Source: Candidatus Micrarchaeia archaeon (GTDB lineage: Archaea; Micrarchaeota; Micrarchaeia; Burarchaeales; JACRGF01). From it: DNA of 42,595 nt. A program made the position numbers and the translations under genes. This document shows positions 28,201-36,774 of this stretch, in pieces (position 1 is the stretch's first letter; each line of letters begins with the position of its first letter). The notes under the pieces are model-generated. The model searched no databases. It was not told the origin of the DNA and worked only from the letters and a program-made list of their open reading frames with translations. The stretch is from assembly GCA_038870455.1 (NCBI GenBank), contig JAWCPB010000004.1, positions 1-42,595 on the forward strand. Direction: 5' to 3'.

Positions 28201-28999
28201 GGCGCGCTTCAAGGCCGAGACGAGCATCATCGCGGCTGCCAACCCAAAGTTCGGCCGCTTCGACCCGAACAAGTACCCTGCAGACCAGTTCGAGATTCCC
28301 CCGACCCTCCTCTCGCGCTTCGACCTAATCTTTCCCATTAAAGACATTCTTGACGAGGAGAAGGACAGGAGGCTGGCGGACCACCTTCTCGCAAGCCACA
28401 CCGCCGCTAGTGACCGCCGCGCGCTTGAAAAGCTGGCCGCCGAGCGCACGCCCATAAACAGCGTTCTCCTCCGCAAGTACATCGCTTTCGCGCGCAAGCA
28501 CTTCAGGCCCGTGCTCACCCCGGAGGCGAACGCGCGCATCAAAGACTATTACGTGGAGCTTCGCAAGCTGGGCCAGGCCCAGGGAAGCATTCCAATCACC
28601 CCGAGGCAGATCGAGGGCCTCATCCGCCTCAGCGAGGCGAGCGCCAAGTCCCGCCTCAGTCCCCGGGTCGAGGTGGTTGATGCCGAGCGCGCCATAAGGC
28701 TCATTGACTTCGTCCTGCGCTCCACCGCGCTCGACAGGAGCACCGGAAAGCTCGACATAGACATCTGGCAGACGGGCGTGCCCAAATCGCGCGCGGACAT
28801 GTACTCGAGGATTATGCGGATTGCCGAAGAGCTCCAGCGCGAGTTCGACCTCGTCGAGATCAAGGAGCTCATTCGACTCGCCAAGGAGGAGGGCATTGAC
28901 GAGAACACGGCCGAGCGCTTCATTCAGGAGCGCGTGGACAAGGGCGAGTTCTACAAGCCAAAGCATGGTTATATAAAAATCATCAAGAGAACAGAGTAA
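25295..28999 (+). CDS. mcm: MCM replicative helicase, intein-containing
   Basis: Zn finger, IAPSIYG, Walker A GDPGAAKS, IDEFDK, AAANPKFGR, LSRFDL, ITPRQIEG, C-terminal wHTH. Confidence 0.97.
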   Translation: MAEDTQPLVEKLTEFFETKLLEKIEDLAAAYPMRRSLAIDYAELEKFDPDLADELLESPDKVVAAAEAALAGMGATLPLLPGTKFTPHARFHNLPDKSLLIQDIGSAHIEKLVCVKGVITKRTEVWPKVMIAFYECAHCGNGYKVPLTRKGAGMSACEECRRPVRLREDKSYFVDFQRAEAQELLERLHGGAPASHLQLDLEDDLVNTFVPGDTIEITGIVRIRPPLLRKGSHASGTYLKYLDVMHVESVQRKFEEVEVSKEEEKRIRELAKDPEIFEKITRSIAPSIYGHDEVKQAIALQLFGATPDKELPEGGRIRSDIHILLIGDPGAAKSRFLQYVKDLAPKSIYVSGKSVSGVGLCVAGDSLVQLNDAGLLRIGELVEANFNKGIEELPGAFSCAKPSRVVAVRPDLKIAFCKGSKIWRIKPPSHLIHLTTQRGKSLRVTPHTPVLVLEDSEVVWKRAGELTGREFIATTRALPPLTGRPIALVSLLAHPHVRVAAPIAEWFKLAAGKLVQKYGDLTRASTALGIRREQLYEWKDAKRSRGASIAALKTIAAEAGMPVDSLASFATSVFVRHGRPHRLPPTLTPDLCYFAGLMAGDGDVSWKGSTASVRFHCKDVEFLKRVQLLVSNLFGIRARIEQSRNRIPCLRFGSLVVAELLEKLGVPSGEKSHRVDIPVAVTSSGVDNVRAFLKGLFDTDGWVARPRGRGSASVGLTTASEPLAQKLLLLLEWWGILAKLRCRDKRGATALLGGKKVITKRLQYQIEIRGVDNIRRFRDAIGFSRTEKRAALDQLLSACVTANPNLDLVPITRFLSSLKRRYLLSERVLPTFYCRGTNAMSRERLARLAGFIKEKPEAELLHVLASSDIYWDRLSAVSKEPCLDEWVYDFTVEGSHAFAANGIIVHNTASAERDELGEGGWVLKAGALVLASGGIASIDEFDKIDDAERGALHEVMESGTVSIAKAGIVARFKAETSIIAAANPKFGRFDPNKYPADQFEIPPTLLSRFDLIFPIKDILDEEKDRRLADHLLASHTAASDRRALEKLAAERTPINSVLLRKYIAFARKHFRPVLTPEANARIKDYYVELRKLGQAQGSIPITPRQIEGLIRLSEASAKSRLSPRVEVVDAERAIRLIDFVLRSTALDRSTGKLDIDIWQTGVPKSRADMYSRIMRIAEELQREFDLVEIKELIRLAKEEGIDENTAERFIQERVDKGEFYKPKHGYIKIIKRTE
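26375..28015 (+). mobile_element. Intein (547 aa) with LAGLIDADG homing endonuclease and HTH
   Basis: Starts at Cys (GVGL|CVAGDS), block B VTPHTP, LAGLIDADG motifs FAGLMAGDG and LKGLFDTDG, ends VYDFTV...IIVHN|T. Removing it restores SGVGL-TASAERD. Confidence 0.95.
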
Positions 29000-29002
29000 T
29001 CC

Positions 29003-29872
29003 ATGCGCCAGGTGGCGGTCATCCTCGCATTCTTTCTCGCGGTCCAGTTCCTGGGCCTTTACATCGGAGCGGTTCTCGAGCTGAACAGGAGCGAGTTTGC
29101 AGCCTTCAACGTCGCAGTCGCGCCCGAGGGAGGCATCGCTCCCCCCCTCCTTTTCCTCGTCGCCGTCGTCGCCGGGGCGGCATTTCTCGTCATTCTCTTC
29201 CACTTCTACAAAGGGCTCCTGCTCTTCAAGCTCATGGAAGCCTTCATCATCCTCGTCGCGTCGAACATTGTCTTCTACGTCATACTCCTTTCCCTCGGCA
29301 TACCCTTTTACTACGCGCTCGCGTTCCTTCTCTCGCTTGGCGTCGCGCTCGCCAAGTTCTTTTCCCCGCGCTTCAAGAACCTCGCCGCGATTCTCGCAAG
29401 CGCTGGCGTCGGAGCGGTATTCGGCTTTTCCCTCGACCTCCTGCCCGCCGTCATTTTCGTCGTGGGCCTCTCGCTTTACGATGTGCTCGCCGTTTTCTTC
29501 ACGCGCCACATGGTCGTCATGGCGCAGGAGCTGGGCAGGCGGAACCTCGCCTTTTCGGTGAGCGCCGAGCAAAAGGTCAAGGTGAAGCTCCCTAGGAGAA
29601 AAGCTCCTGTGGAGCAGCGTTCTGTGCTCGAGCTCGGCACGGGCGACCTCTCCATCCCGTGCATGCTCGCGGTCAGTGCCTTCAAGTACGGCAACGCTCT
29701 GTCGCTGTGGCACGGCGCGGCCTACGCGCTCGCTTCAATCGGCGGCTCATCGCTCGCGCTCGTCCTCGTGCTGTACGCGGTCCTGCGCGGCCGCCTGTTC
29801 CTGCCCGCCCTGCCCCCGCTTGCCTTCGGCGGGCTGGCGGGCATCGCGCTGGCTCGCCTGCTCTACGCGTGA
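29003..29872 (+). CDS. Presenilin/signal peptide peptidase family intramembrane aspartyl protease
   Basis: YD, LGTGD (GxGD) and PALP motifs in a polytopic membrane protein. Confidence 0.92.
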   Translation: MRQVAVILAFFLAVQFLGLYIGAVLELNRSEFAAFNVAVAPEGGIAPPLLFLVAVVAGAAFLVILFHFYKGLLLFKLMEAFIILVASNIVFYVILLSLGIPFYYALAFLLSLGVALAKFFSPRFKNLAAILASAGVGAVFGFSLDLLPAVIFVVGLSLYDVLAVFFTRHMVVMAQELGRRNLAFSVSAEQKVKVKLPRRKAPVEQRSVLELGTGDLSIPCMLAVSAFKYGNALSLWHGAAYALASIGGSSLALVLVLYAVLRGRLFLPALPPLAFGGLAGIALARLLYA

Positions 29873-29918
29873 GATAGCCTTTTTAATTCTCTCCGAGATA
29901 AAATTGCGGGGTGCTTCG

Positions 29919-30323
29919 TTGGATTACGAGAAAGCGCTCGAGAGGGCCTATGCCTCGCTGCCAGAGCGCGTGCTGAAGAGCGAGCGTTTTGAAATTCCTC
30001 TTGTCGATTCCTTCATACAGGGCAACAAGACGGTCATCCGCAACTTCGGCTTCATCGTCCAGACGCTGCGCAGGAAGCCCGAGGAGCTCGCGAAATACCT
30101 GTTCAAGGAGCTGGCCACGCCCGGCGACATCGCGGGCAACACGCTCATCCTGCACAGCAAGTTCAGTGAGAAGGCGCTGAACGAGAGGGTCAAGGCCTTC
30201 ACCGAAACCTTTGTCCTCTGCAAGGAGTGCAGGAAGCCAGACACCAAGCTGGTCGAGATGGAGCGGGGGGTGCGCATGCTCGTGTGCGAGGCGTGCGGCG
30301 CGCGCTCTCCCGTAAGGCTGTGA
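29919..30323 (+). CDS. eif2b: Translation initiation factor 2 subunit beta
   Basis: LDYEKALERAY, RFEIP, GNKT.IRNF, KELAT, Zn ribbon CKECRKPDT...CEACG. TTG start inferred. Confidence 0.93.
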   Translation: MDYEKALERAYASLPERVLKSERFEIPLVDSFIQGNKTVIRNFGFIVQTLRRKPEELAKYLFKELATPGDIAGNTLILHSKFSEKALNERVKAFTETFVLCKECRKPDTKLVEMERGVRMLVCEACGARSPVRL

Positions 30324-30327
30324 TGGC

Positions 30328-30618
30328 ATGGCCGAGCGGGAGGGGGAGGAGTTCGCGCGCGTGCGCGTTCCGAGGAAAGGCGAGATTCTCGGCGTCGTCA
30401 CCGGAATGATGGGCGCCTCGCGCGTCATGGTTTCGTGCAAGGACGGCAAGGAGCGCCTGTGCAGAATTCCCGGCAAGATAAAGAAAAACATCTGGGTGAA
30501 AACAGACGACATCGTCATAATCCAGCCGTGGGCCATTGAAGGCGACAAGCGGGGAGACATCGTCTGGAGATACACGCGCATCCAGGCCGACTGGCTGAAG
30601 AGAAAAGGCTATTTGTGA
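30328..30618 (+). CDS. eif1a: Translation initiation factor 1A
   Basis: MMGASRVMVSCKDGKERLCRIPGK..KNIW...WRYT. Confidence 0.95.
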   Translation: MAEREGEEFARVRVPRKGEILGVVTGMMGASRVMVSCKDGKERLCRIPGKIKKNIWVKTDDIVIIQPWAIEGDKRGDIVWRYTRIQADWLKRKGYL

Positions 30619-30623
30619 ATTTC

Positions 30624-31376
30624 ATGGTCCGCCTTTCGAAAAGAAAGCTTCCCCCACGCGAGGAAAAAGTCTTCCGCGAGAAAAAAAAGATTGAGAGCGA
30701 GGTTTTCGACCGCGACACGCTCCTTGTTTTCGGAGAGCTGCTGAACAAGAAGATAATAGCGAGCCTGGACTATCCCGTCAGCGAAGGCAAGGAGGCGATT
30801 GTCTTCCGCGCGACCGGCGGGGAAAAAGGCGAGGTTCCGTATTATGCGGCAAAAGTGTACCGCATCGAGACGAGTTTCTTCGTTCACATGTCCGACTACG
30901 TGACCGGCGACCCGCGCTTCTTCGGAGTCAAGAAGAGAAAGAGAGACCTCGTGTATGCATGGGCGCAGAAGGAGTTCCGCAACCTGCTTCTCTGCGAGGA
31001 GGCGGCCGTGCCAGCCCCCAAGCCATTCTACTTCAACAGGAACGTCCTTCTCATGGAGTTCATCGGCGAGGAGGGCATTCCGGACAGCACGCTCGCCCAG
31101 CTGGGAAGCGAGAACCCGGAGGAAGACTGCCAGACCCTGCTCGAGTACGCGCGGCGCCTCTACAGGCACAACTTCGTCCACGGCGATTTAAGCGAGTTCA
31201 ACGTGCTCCTCCACCGCGGCGTTCCCCACCTCATCGATGTGGGGCAGGGCGTGCTGCTCTCCCACCCGAAGGCCGAGGAGTTTCTCGCGCGCGACGTTCG
31301 CAACATCCTCCGCTACTTCTCGAAATACGGGGTGAAGCGCGACTTCGATGAAACCCTCAGCTGGGTGAAGGGCTAA
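30624..31376 (+). CDS. rio1: RIO1 family Ser/Thr kinase
   Basis: SEGKEA, AAKVY, WAQKEFRNL, LLMEFIG, VHGDLSEFN and IDVGQ motifs. Alternative GTG start at 30615. Confidence 0.93.
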   Translation: MVRLSKRKLPPREEKVFREKKKIESEVFDRDTLLVFGELLNKKIIASLDYPVSEGKEAIVFRATGGEKGEVPYYAAKVYRIETSFFVHMSDYVTGDPRFFGVKKRKRDLVYAWAQKEFRNLLLCEEAAVPAPKPFYFNRNVLLMEFIGEEGIPDSTLAQLGSENPEEDCQTLLEYARRLYRHNFVHGDLSEFNVLLHRGVPHLIDVGQGVLLSHPKAEEFLARDVRNILRYFSKYGVKRDFDETLSWVKG

Positions 31377-31581
31377 ACTCTCTCCGAGAGCCGTTCCAGG
31401 TTGAAGTGAACTCCGATGAAGCCGAGAAAAACAACGGCAAACCCGAGGCTTTCGAAAAACCTGAATGCCCAGTACGCGCCGGTGAAGAGCGCTCCGGTGG
31501 CGTTGATGAAGGGCGCGGCGGCCATTGGAAGCAGCACTGCGAGCGCGATGGCTGCGGTTCGCTTCCAGGAGTGCAGCTCAA
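31373..31581 (-). CDS. Small membrane protein (start probably frameshifted)
   Basis: Frame ..ELHSWKRTAAIALAVLLPMAAPFINATGALFTGAYWAFRFFESLGFAVVFLGFIGVHFNLERLSERV* has two hydrophobic segments. One extra base after TTG would give a start. Confidence 0.45.
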
Positions 31582-32188
31582 CCCCCTCCGAACGCTTCCG
31601 CTATCCTCTTTTCCGGAATCTCCTCTACGTCGATGTTGTTGTCGCAGATGCGGTGGATTACCGGCGCGATGTCCGCGTCGCAGCTGCCGAGCACACCACC
31701 TCGTAAATGCGGAGCTTCCTGAGCTTCATGTTCAAGCTGTGCAGGAACTGCCCCAGCTGCCTCTGCTCGTTGTACAGCCCCAGGGTGGTCACGCAGTCAA
31801 GCAGGAAAAACATCCTCTCGTGCGGAAACCTGGCCCGCACCCTCTCGGCGAGCTTCGTCACCTCGATGTCATGCTCGTGAGGTCGCTCGCGCCCTCGACC
31901 ACGGGCACGTCCTCCCCGACCCTCGCCTCCGGCGAAGTCACGACGTCGACGAAAAAGCATTTTTCGCATCAATGCCCTTGGCGTGCATGAGGCGCTCGTA
32001 GTACTCGTGGCTCCTGGCCGCGCACAGGATGATGCCCCGCATGCCGTGTTCATCCACGAGGTACTTGAGCAGCGCCGCGTCGGCCTTGAGCACCTCCTCG
32101 TTCGTGGTTATCGAAGCGCACTCCTCGAGCTCGCCCTTGAGCAGCTTCTCGCGGATTTTCCTGTAAGGCCTCTGCTCCGCCTCTCCAA
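31578..32188 (-). pseudogene. Frameshifted KaiC/RecA-like small domain protein (DUF7504/DUF835-like)
   Basis: Pieces in successive frames: ..GIDAKNAF | FVDVVTS..GASDLTSM | IEVTK..FLLDCVTTLGLYN..FLHSLNMKLR | CDADIAPVIHRICD. Four single-base deletions are needed to join them. Confidence 0.6.
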
Positions 32189-32237
32189 GACTCCCACCAA
32201 CCGCAACTTTTATGCATTCCCCGGTTTAAACGCTTTT

Positions 32238-32609
32238 ATGGAAGTCCTTGTAAAACGCTCAGCCTTTGAGTTCGCACTGGGGGCTGCCCGCCGCACTTAC
32301 CCGAACGAGTTCATCGGCCTCTTGAGGAAAAACAAGCAAGGCGTCGTCACCGAAATCCTCGTCATTCCCCTCAGCATTTATGGGCACGACTTTTCCTCGA
32401 TTGACTTCACCATGGTGCCGGCGTTCAGCCACGCCTGCGGCAGCATCCACAGCCATCCGGACGGGCCTGCCCGCCCTTCGCCCGCTGACCTCGCCTTCTT
32501 CGCGCGCACCGGCGATACCCACCTCATCCTCGGGCATCCCTTTGCGGAAAAAAACGCGCGCGCGTACGACAGCACAGGCAGGCCCCTACCGCTCCGCGTG
32601 CTCCCCTAG
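32238..32609 (+). CDS. JAB1/MPN/Mov34 (JAMM) metalloprotease
   Basis: YPNEFIGLL and HSHP....PSPAD JAMM motif. Confidence 0.92.
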   Translation: MEVLVKRSAFEFALGAARRTYPNEFIGLLRKNKQGVVTEILVIPLSIYGHDFSSIDFTMVPAFSHACGSIHSHPDGPARPSPADLAFFARTGDTHLILGHPFAEKNARAYDSTGRPLPLRVLP

Positions 32610-33748
32610 AGGAGGGCCAGCACCAGCACTGCCAGCACCGCCTGCAGCCCGCCCGAGACGAAGAAGGCCGCCGGAAAGCCTGCCGCCGCGATGAGCGCCC
32701 CCACGCCCGCATATCCCACCGATGCGCCCGTCCAATAGCCGGTGAAAACAAAGTTAAGGTCCCTCCCCAGCGCGTGGGTCGTCGAGTGCGCGACCGTAAT
32801 CTTGTTCACGCACGAGCTCGCCAGCACATCGAACAGTTTCCACACGCACACTGCGGCCAGAAACACCACATAAGGCAGCCCGGCTCTCGCAATCAATCCC
32901 GCGGCAAGCAACAGCGCCGCTATCCCGAGAATCGAAGCAATGTACAACTTCTTACTCTCAATCCTGTCCGCCAGCCTGCCGAGCGCGAGCGCTCCCAGCG
33001 CCTGAACTATGTACACGACAAGAAGAAAGGAGCCGATCATTTCGGGCTGGAAAGAATACACTTCCTTGAGCAGTAGAACCAGCACGAACGAGCCCACGAT
33101 GCTCGAGGCGATGCCATCCAGGAAGAGAAGCGCGGTGAGCCTCTTTATTCTCCAGCCCACTTTCTTCAAATCCCAAAGGTGCTCGATGACCCCCCCTCTT
33201 TTCCCAATTTTTTCCTTCCCCAGCAAAACACCGGTCAATGCGATCGTTATCCCGACTACTGCAACAACTGCAAAAGCCCATTCGAAGCCGGCGGGCATGA
33301 GATAGCCCGCGACAAACGAGCCTATGCCCAGGCCCCCCCACATCGCGGCATAGTACCACCCGGAGATTCTTCCGGCGCCGAAAATGTGGCTCTCTGAAAA
33401 CAAGAGCCGCCTGTCCACTCCCCTCATCATGCTCGCCGCAACGCCCTCACCGACTTTCCCAACTCCGTAGAACAGCGTGCTCGGGGCAAAAAAATACACG
33501 GCGCTCGTCAGCGCCTGCAGCCCGCCCGAGGCGAGCAGGAGCGCCTTCGCGCCGATCCTGTCGCTGAGCGCACCGAAAAACACTCTGAGAAGCTGGAAGA
33601 TAATCGGATAGGCGGCATAGACCAGGCCTATCTCCACGACGCTGATTTCCTTCGCCCTCATATACAGCGGCAGCGTCGTGGCGAGTACGCCGTTGAACGA
33701 GACGCTGAACACAAAAACGAGGAGGACGCCCAGGGCCAGCACGCGCAT
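32606..33748 (-). CDS. MFS transporter
   Basis: About 12 TM segments; motif A GALSDRIG and GRLADRIE. Confidence 0.9.
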   Translation of the reverse strand: MRVLALGVLLVFVFSVSFNGVLATTLPLYMRAKEISVVEIGLVYAAYPIIFQLLRVFFGALSDRIGAKALLLASGGLQALTSAVYFFAPSTLFYGVGKVGEGVAASMMRGVDRRLLFSESHIFGAGRISGWYYAAMWGGLGIGSFVAGYLMPAGFEWAFAVVAVVGITIALTGVLLGKEKIGKRGGVIEHLWDLKKVGWRIKRLTALLFLDGIASSIVGSFVLVLLLKEVYSFQPEMIGSFLLVVYIVQALGALALGRLADRIESKKLYIASILGIAALLLAAGLIARAGLPYVVFLAAVCVWKLFDVLASSCVNKITVAHSTTHALGRDLNFVFTGYWTGASVGYAGVGALIAAAGFPAAFFVSGGLQAVLAVLVLALL

Positions 33749-33751
33749 TGA

Positions 33752-34084
33752 CTAACCTTTCTTCAGCTTTAGAATTGCCGCCGCAATGTCCCCTCCCTCC
33801 TCTTCGAGCGCTTTCCTCGCTTCCTCCAGCCCGACTCCAGCCTGCTGTGCAACCAGTTTTGCGTCCTCCTCGCTTCCGCCCTTCTTCTCTTCCACCCTGC
33901 CCGTCACCTGAAAGCTCTTCTGCCCCTGCATTTCAATGAGCACAACGTGCGGCTCGCTTACGACTATCTCACCTTCCTCACCTTCAATCACCACCCTCTT
34001 CGCCTTTATCTCCTCGCTCTTTATACCCATCTGTTGCAGGAGCCTCTGCATCTGCTTCGGATTCATCCCCATTCCAGGAATCAT
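33752..34084 (-). CDS. nac: Nascent polypeptide-associated complex protein
   Basis: MNPKQMQRLLQQMGI, GQKSFQV, C-terminal UBA (EARKALEEEGGDIAAAI). Confidence 0.95.
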   Translation of the reverse strand: MIPGMGMNPKQMQRLLQQMGIKSEEIKAKRVVIEGEEGEIVVSEPHVVLIEMQGQKSFQVTGRVEEKKGGSEEDAKLVAQQAGVGLEEARKALEEEGGDIAAAILKLKKG

Positions 34085-34584
34085 TTTACTCCCCCCAGTA
34101 TTTTGGTCAGAAGCGCGACCGCTTCCTCGGCGTTCTTCGCCTCCATTATAACATCATTTCTCTTTCCATCAACCGCTTTTCCCGCAAACTCGTCGCTATA
34201 GCCGCCCGTTCCTCTGATTGCTATAATTGGTTTTTTGTAAATCCATCCCACGCACAGCTCGCTCAGCGTTCCGGCCTCGCCTCCGATCATCACGATGGCA
34301 TCGCACGACAGCGCCACCACCTGGTTCCTCGCCCACTCGAGGCCTGTGGCTATCCTGTAATCCACGAACGGGTTGGCCTCGGCGATGTCCTTGCCGGGCA
34401 GCACCCCCACTGTTGTTCCCCTCTCGCTCTTCGCCCCCCTGCACACAGCCTCCATGACGCCCCCAAGCCCGCCGCACACGACCACAAAACCTTTTTTCGC
34501 CAGCAGCCTCCCCAGCCTTTCCGCTTCCTCAAGGCTCTTCCTTGTGGGGTTGAGGTGAGTCCCTATGACGCCAATCTGCTTCAC
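34081..34584 (-). CDS. TIGR00725 / LOG-like Rossmann protein
   Basis: CGGLGGVMEAVCRGA, ARN and GGEAGTLSE motifs. Confidence 0.88.
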   Translation of the reverse strand: MKQIGVIGTHLNPTRKSLEEAERLGRLLAKKGFVVVCGGLGGVMEAVCRGAKSERGTTVGVLPGKDIAEANPFVDYRIATGLEWARNQVVALSCDAIVMIGGEAGTLSELCVGWIYKKPIIAIRGTGGYSDEFAGKAVDGKRNDVIMEAKNAEEAVALLTKILGGVK

Positions 34585-34625
34585 TGCAACACCAATTAAA
34601 CCTCTTCTCGCCTAAATTCAAAAAC

Positions 34626-35255
34626 ATGCTGTCGAAGCTCGCCAGGCTCGCTCGCGTGCAGGAAACGCTGTCGAAGAAAGTGGTTTTGAGAAACGGCTTT
34701 AGGAAGCTGCATCTAGTTGGGGGAGCGGATGCGGCCTACGCGCGCGGAAAAATCATTTCTGCAATAGTGGTCTGTGACGCAAATACTCTCGAAGTTGTCG
34801 AGCGAAAGCTCGCTGTTCTTCCCTCCCCTCTCCCATATATCCCTGGCTTTCTCGCCTTCCGCGAGTTCCCCGCGCTTGCAGCCGCCTTCAAGAAGCTCAA
34901 GCGCAAGCCCGACCTCCTCCTCATCAACGGCCATGGAATATGCCACCCACGCGGCTGCGGCCTCGCCAGCCATGTGGGCCTGCGGCTCAAAACGCCAACA
35001 ATCGGCGTGGCGCAAGGCCTTATGAGAGAAACTGTTGAAAGAAAAGGAAAGCTATTTATCGGAAAACGTTTTGTCGGGCACGTAGTGCGGCGTCCCTCCT
35101 TCGCCCCCATTTTCGTTTCGCCGGGCCACCTCGTTTCCCTTGCATCCTCAGCGCGCCTGGCCCGCCGCTTCCTCCGCGGCCACCGACTTCCAGAGCCGCT
35201 TTTCCACGCACATGTTCTGGCTGAAAGGATTAAGAGAGCTGAAGGGCTGGGTTAA
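34626..35255 (+). CDS. nfi: Endonuclease V (catalytic Asp-to-Asn variant)
   Basis: GADAAY, PYIPGFLAFRE, NGHGICHPR..GLASHVG, FVSPGH and RLPEP motifs. Confidence 0.92.
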   Translation: MLSKLARLARVQETLSKKVVLRNGFRKLHLVGGADAAYARGKIISAIVVCDANTLEVVERKLAVLPSPLPYIPGFLAFREFPALAAAFKKLKRKPDLLLINGHGICHPRGCGLASHVGLRLKTPTIGVAQGLMRETVERKGKLFIGKRFVGHVVRRPSFAPIFVSPGHLVSLASSARLARRFLRGHRLPEPLFHAHVLAERIKRAEGLG

Positions 35256-35271
35256 CTGATGGTGGAGGGCG

Positions 35272-36741
35272 CTACCTGTGCTGTTTTTTCCTTGCAACAA
35301 TAAAAACTTCCTGTTTGGGGTTAATCCTGGCCAGAATTCGCCCGTTCTCGTTCACGACATTCCTCCACCCAGTATTCTCGTACTTGTCGCCAAACACGCT
35401 TGCATCGAATCTGTCGAATTTCCGTGAAATCACTGTGGGATTGTCTCCTCTCCTGACTTGATACGAAAACACGTCGTTGCCCTCCCGATTCCTTCTGACA
35501 AACTCAAAATAAAAATCGGGGAGGTCTGTGTAATCGCTTCCCTGACTTGAGCAGGCCGCACCTTTTCCCGGAGGAAAATGGCGGTTAAACCACCGCTCAA
35601 CTTCTTTGAGCGAGCTCTCCGAAACCTCTTCCCCCAACTCCTTCACGTTCTTCAAGTAGCAACGCTGATACACCCTAACGCTCCTGACGTGGTCTGTATC
35701 CTCAGGAGAGCGGGAGGGCATTCCGCAGTTGTACGCCGAAAGTGCGGCATCCCACGAACCGTATTTTTTGTACTCCACCTTCAAATACTTCGCGGCAGCA
35801 CGCGCGGACTTTTCTACATCGAATCTCTCGTCTTCTTTTGACATCCTCTCGTAATCCCAGTTCATGCTCTCCGCCCATTGTCTTAGCTTTATCCCATAAT
35901 TTCTGTCCCTTCCGGTCGCGTTCGAATTCCCCCACACCTTAAGCCCGAATAGCTTTGCCGTGCCGGGCTGGAACATGAAAAGCCCTGCCCCGCCATCATC
36001 ATTTGCATTCAGCGCGAGGGGGTCACCGAAGCTCTCCCTCATAGCAAGCCCTGCCAGCAGGCCAGGCGGAATGCCGAATTCTCCTTCGACTTTCTCCAGT
36101 ATCCTGCTCCACCTGAAAACACGCAGAAATCTTCCGTAATACGAGTGGGGGTTTGTTTCCCTGATATCAACCGGGCCGATTTTTTTTGGAATCAGCGCCT
36201 CCAGCGCGGTCGGGGTGATGCTTGCCACTTTCTCTTCTTCAATCCTCTCCTGGTTTTTTCTCTCATCGCTCTCAAAAGCCCGGGTTATCCTCATCCCATC
36301 GTACCTGAAATTCCCCAGCGTGGTTCCAAAGCTAAGCGCGTTATACAGGGCAAGCAAGACGCCGAGTTGGCTCGCAGTCCTCACCCAGCTGAGAGCGGTC
36401 GCCTCCACACCCTTCCGAATCCTTTTCTTATGAAATTCCTTTATTCTTCTAGCAACCGGGATGATGATATGCTTGTTGACATACGGCCAGCCCATCACAA
36501 GGCCCGCATACGTGGCCAGCTTTGCCAGTCCGCCGTGAGAATTTGCATGCTGAAAAACGACGTTGAGTAACCTGTCGGCTCCATAAATGTATGCAGCGTT
36601 TCCGGCAAGCCAGGCAAGCGTTGGATCAACGTACTTGTCGAAAACCGGTTTTCTCCTGCTCCTATACTCTTTGAGCCGTGTCCAAATCTCTTCAACAACT
36701 AGTTTGGCTTTCTCCCTGGCAGCCCTAAGCTCCATGAACAT
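35272..36741 (-). CDS. Membrane-anchored lytic transglycosylase (SLT/GH23) with C-terminal LysM-like domain
   Basis: AMRESFGDPLA (catalytic Glu codon 36034-36036), GAGLFMFQPGTA, AAKYLK..YGSWDAALSAYNCG, YQVRRGDNPTVISRKF; N-terminal hydrophobic helices. Confidence 0.85.
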   Translation of the reverse strand: MFMELRAAREKAKLVVEEIWTRLKEYRSRRKPVFDKYVDPTLAWLAGNAAYIYGADRLLNVVFQHANSHGGLAKLATYAGLVMGWPYVNKHIIIPVARRIKEFHKKRIRKGVEATALSWVRTASQLGVLLALYNALSFGTTLGNFRYDGMRITRAFESDERKNQERIEEEKVASITPTALEALIPKKIGPVDIRETNPHSYYGRFLRVFRWSRILEKVEGEFGIPPGLLAGLAMRESFGDPLALNANDDGGAGLFMFQPGTAKLFGLKVWGNSNATGRDRNYGIKLRQWAESMNWDYERMSKEDERFDVEKSARAAAKYLKVEYKKYGSWDAALSAYNCGMPSRSPEDTDHVRSVRVYQRCYLKNVKELGEEVSESSLKEVERWFNRHFPPGKGAACSSQGSDYTDLPDFYFEFVRRNREGNDVFSYQVRRGDNPTVISRKFDRFDASVFGDKYENTGWRNVVNENGRILARINPKQEVFIVARKKQHR

Positions 36742-36774
36742 ATGTTTTTTAGAAAACCCGGTATATAAAGCTTT

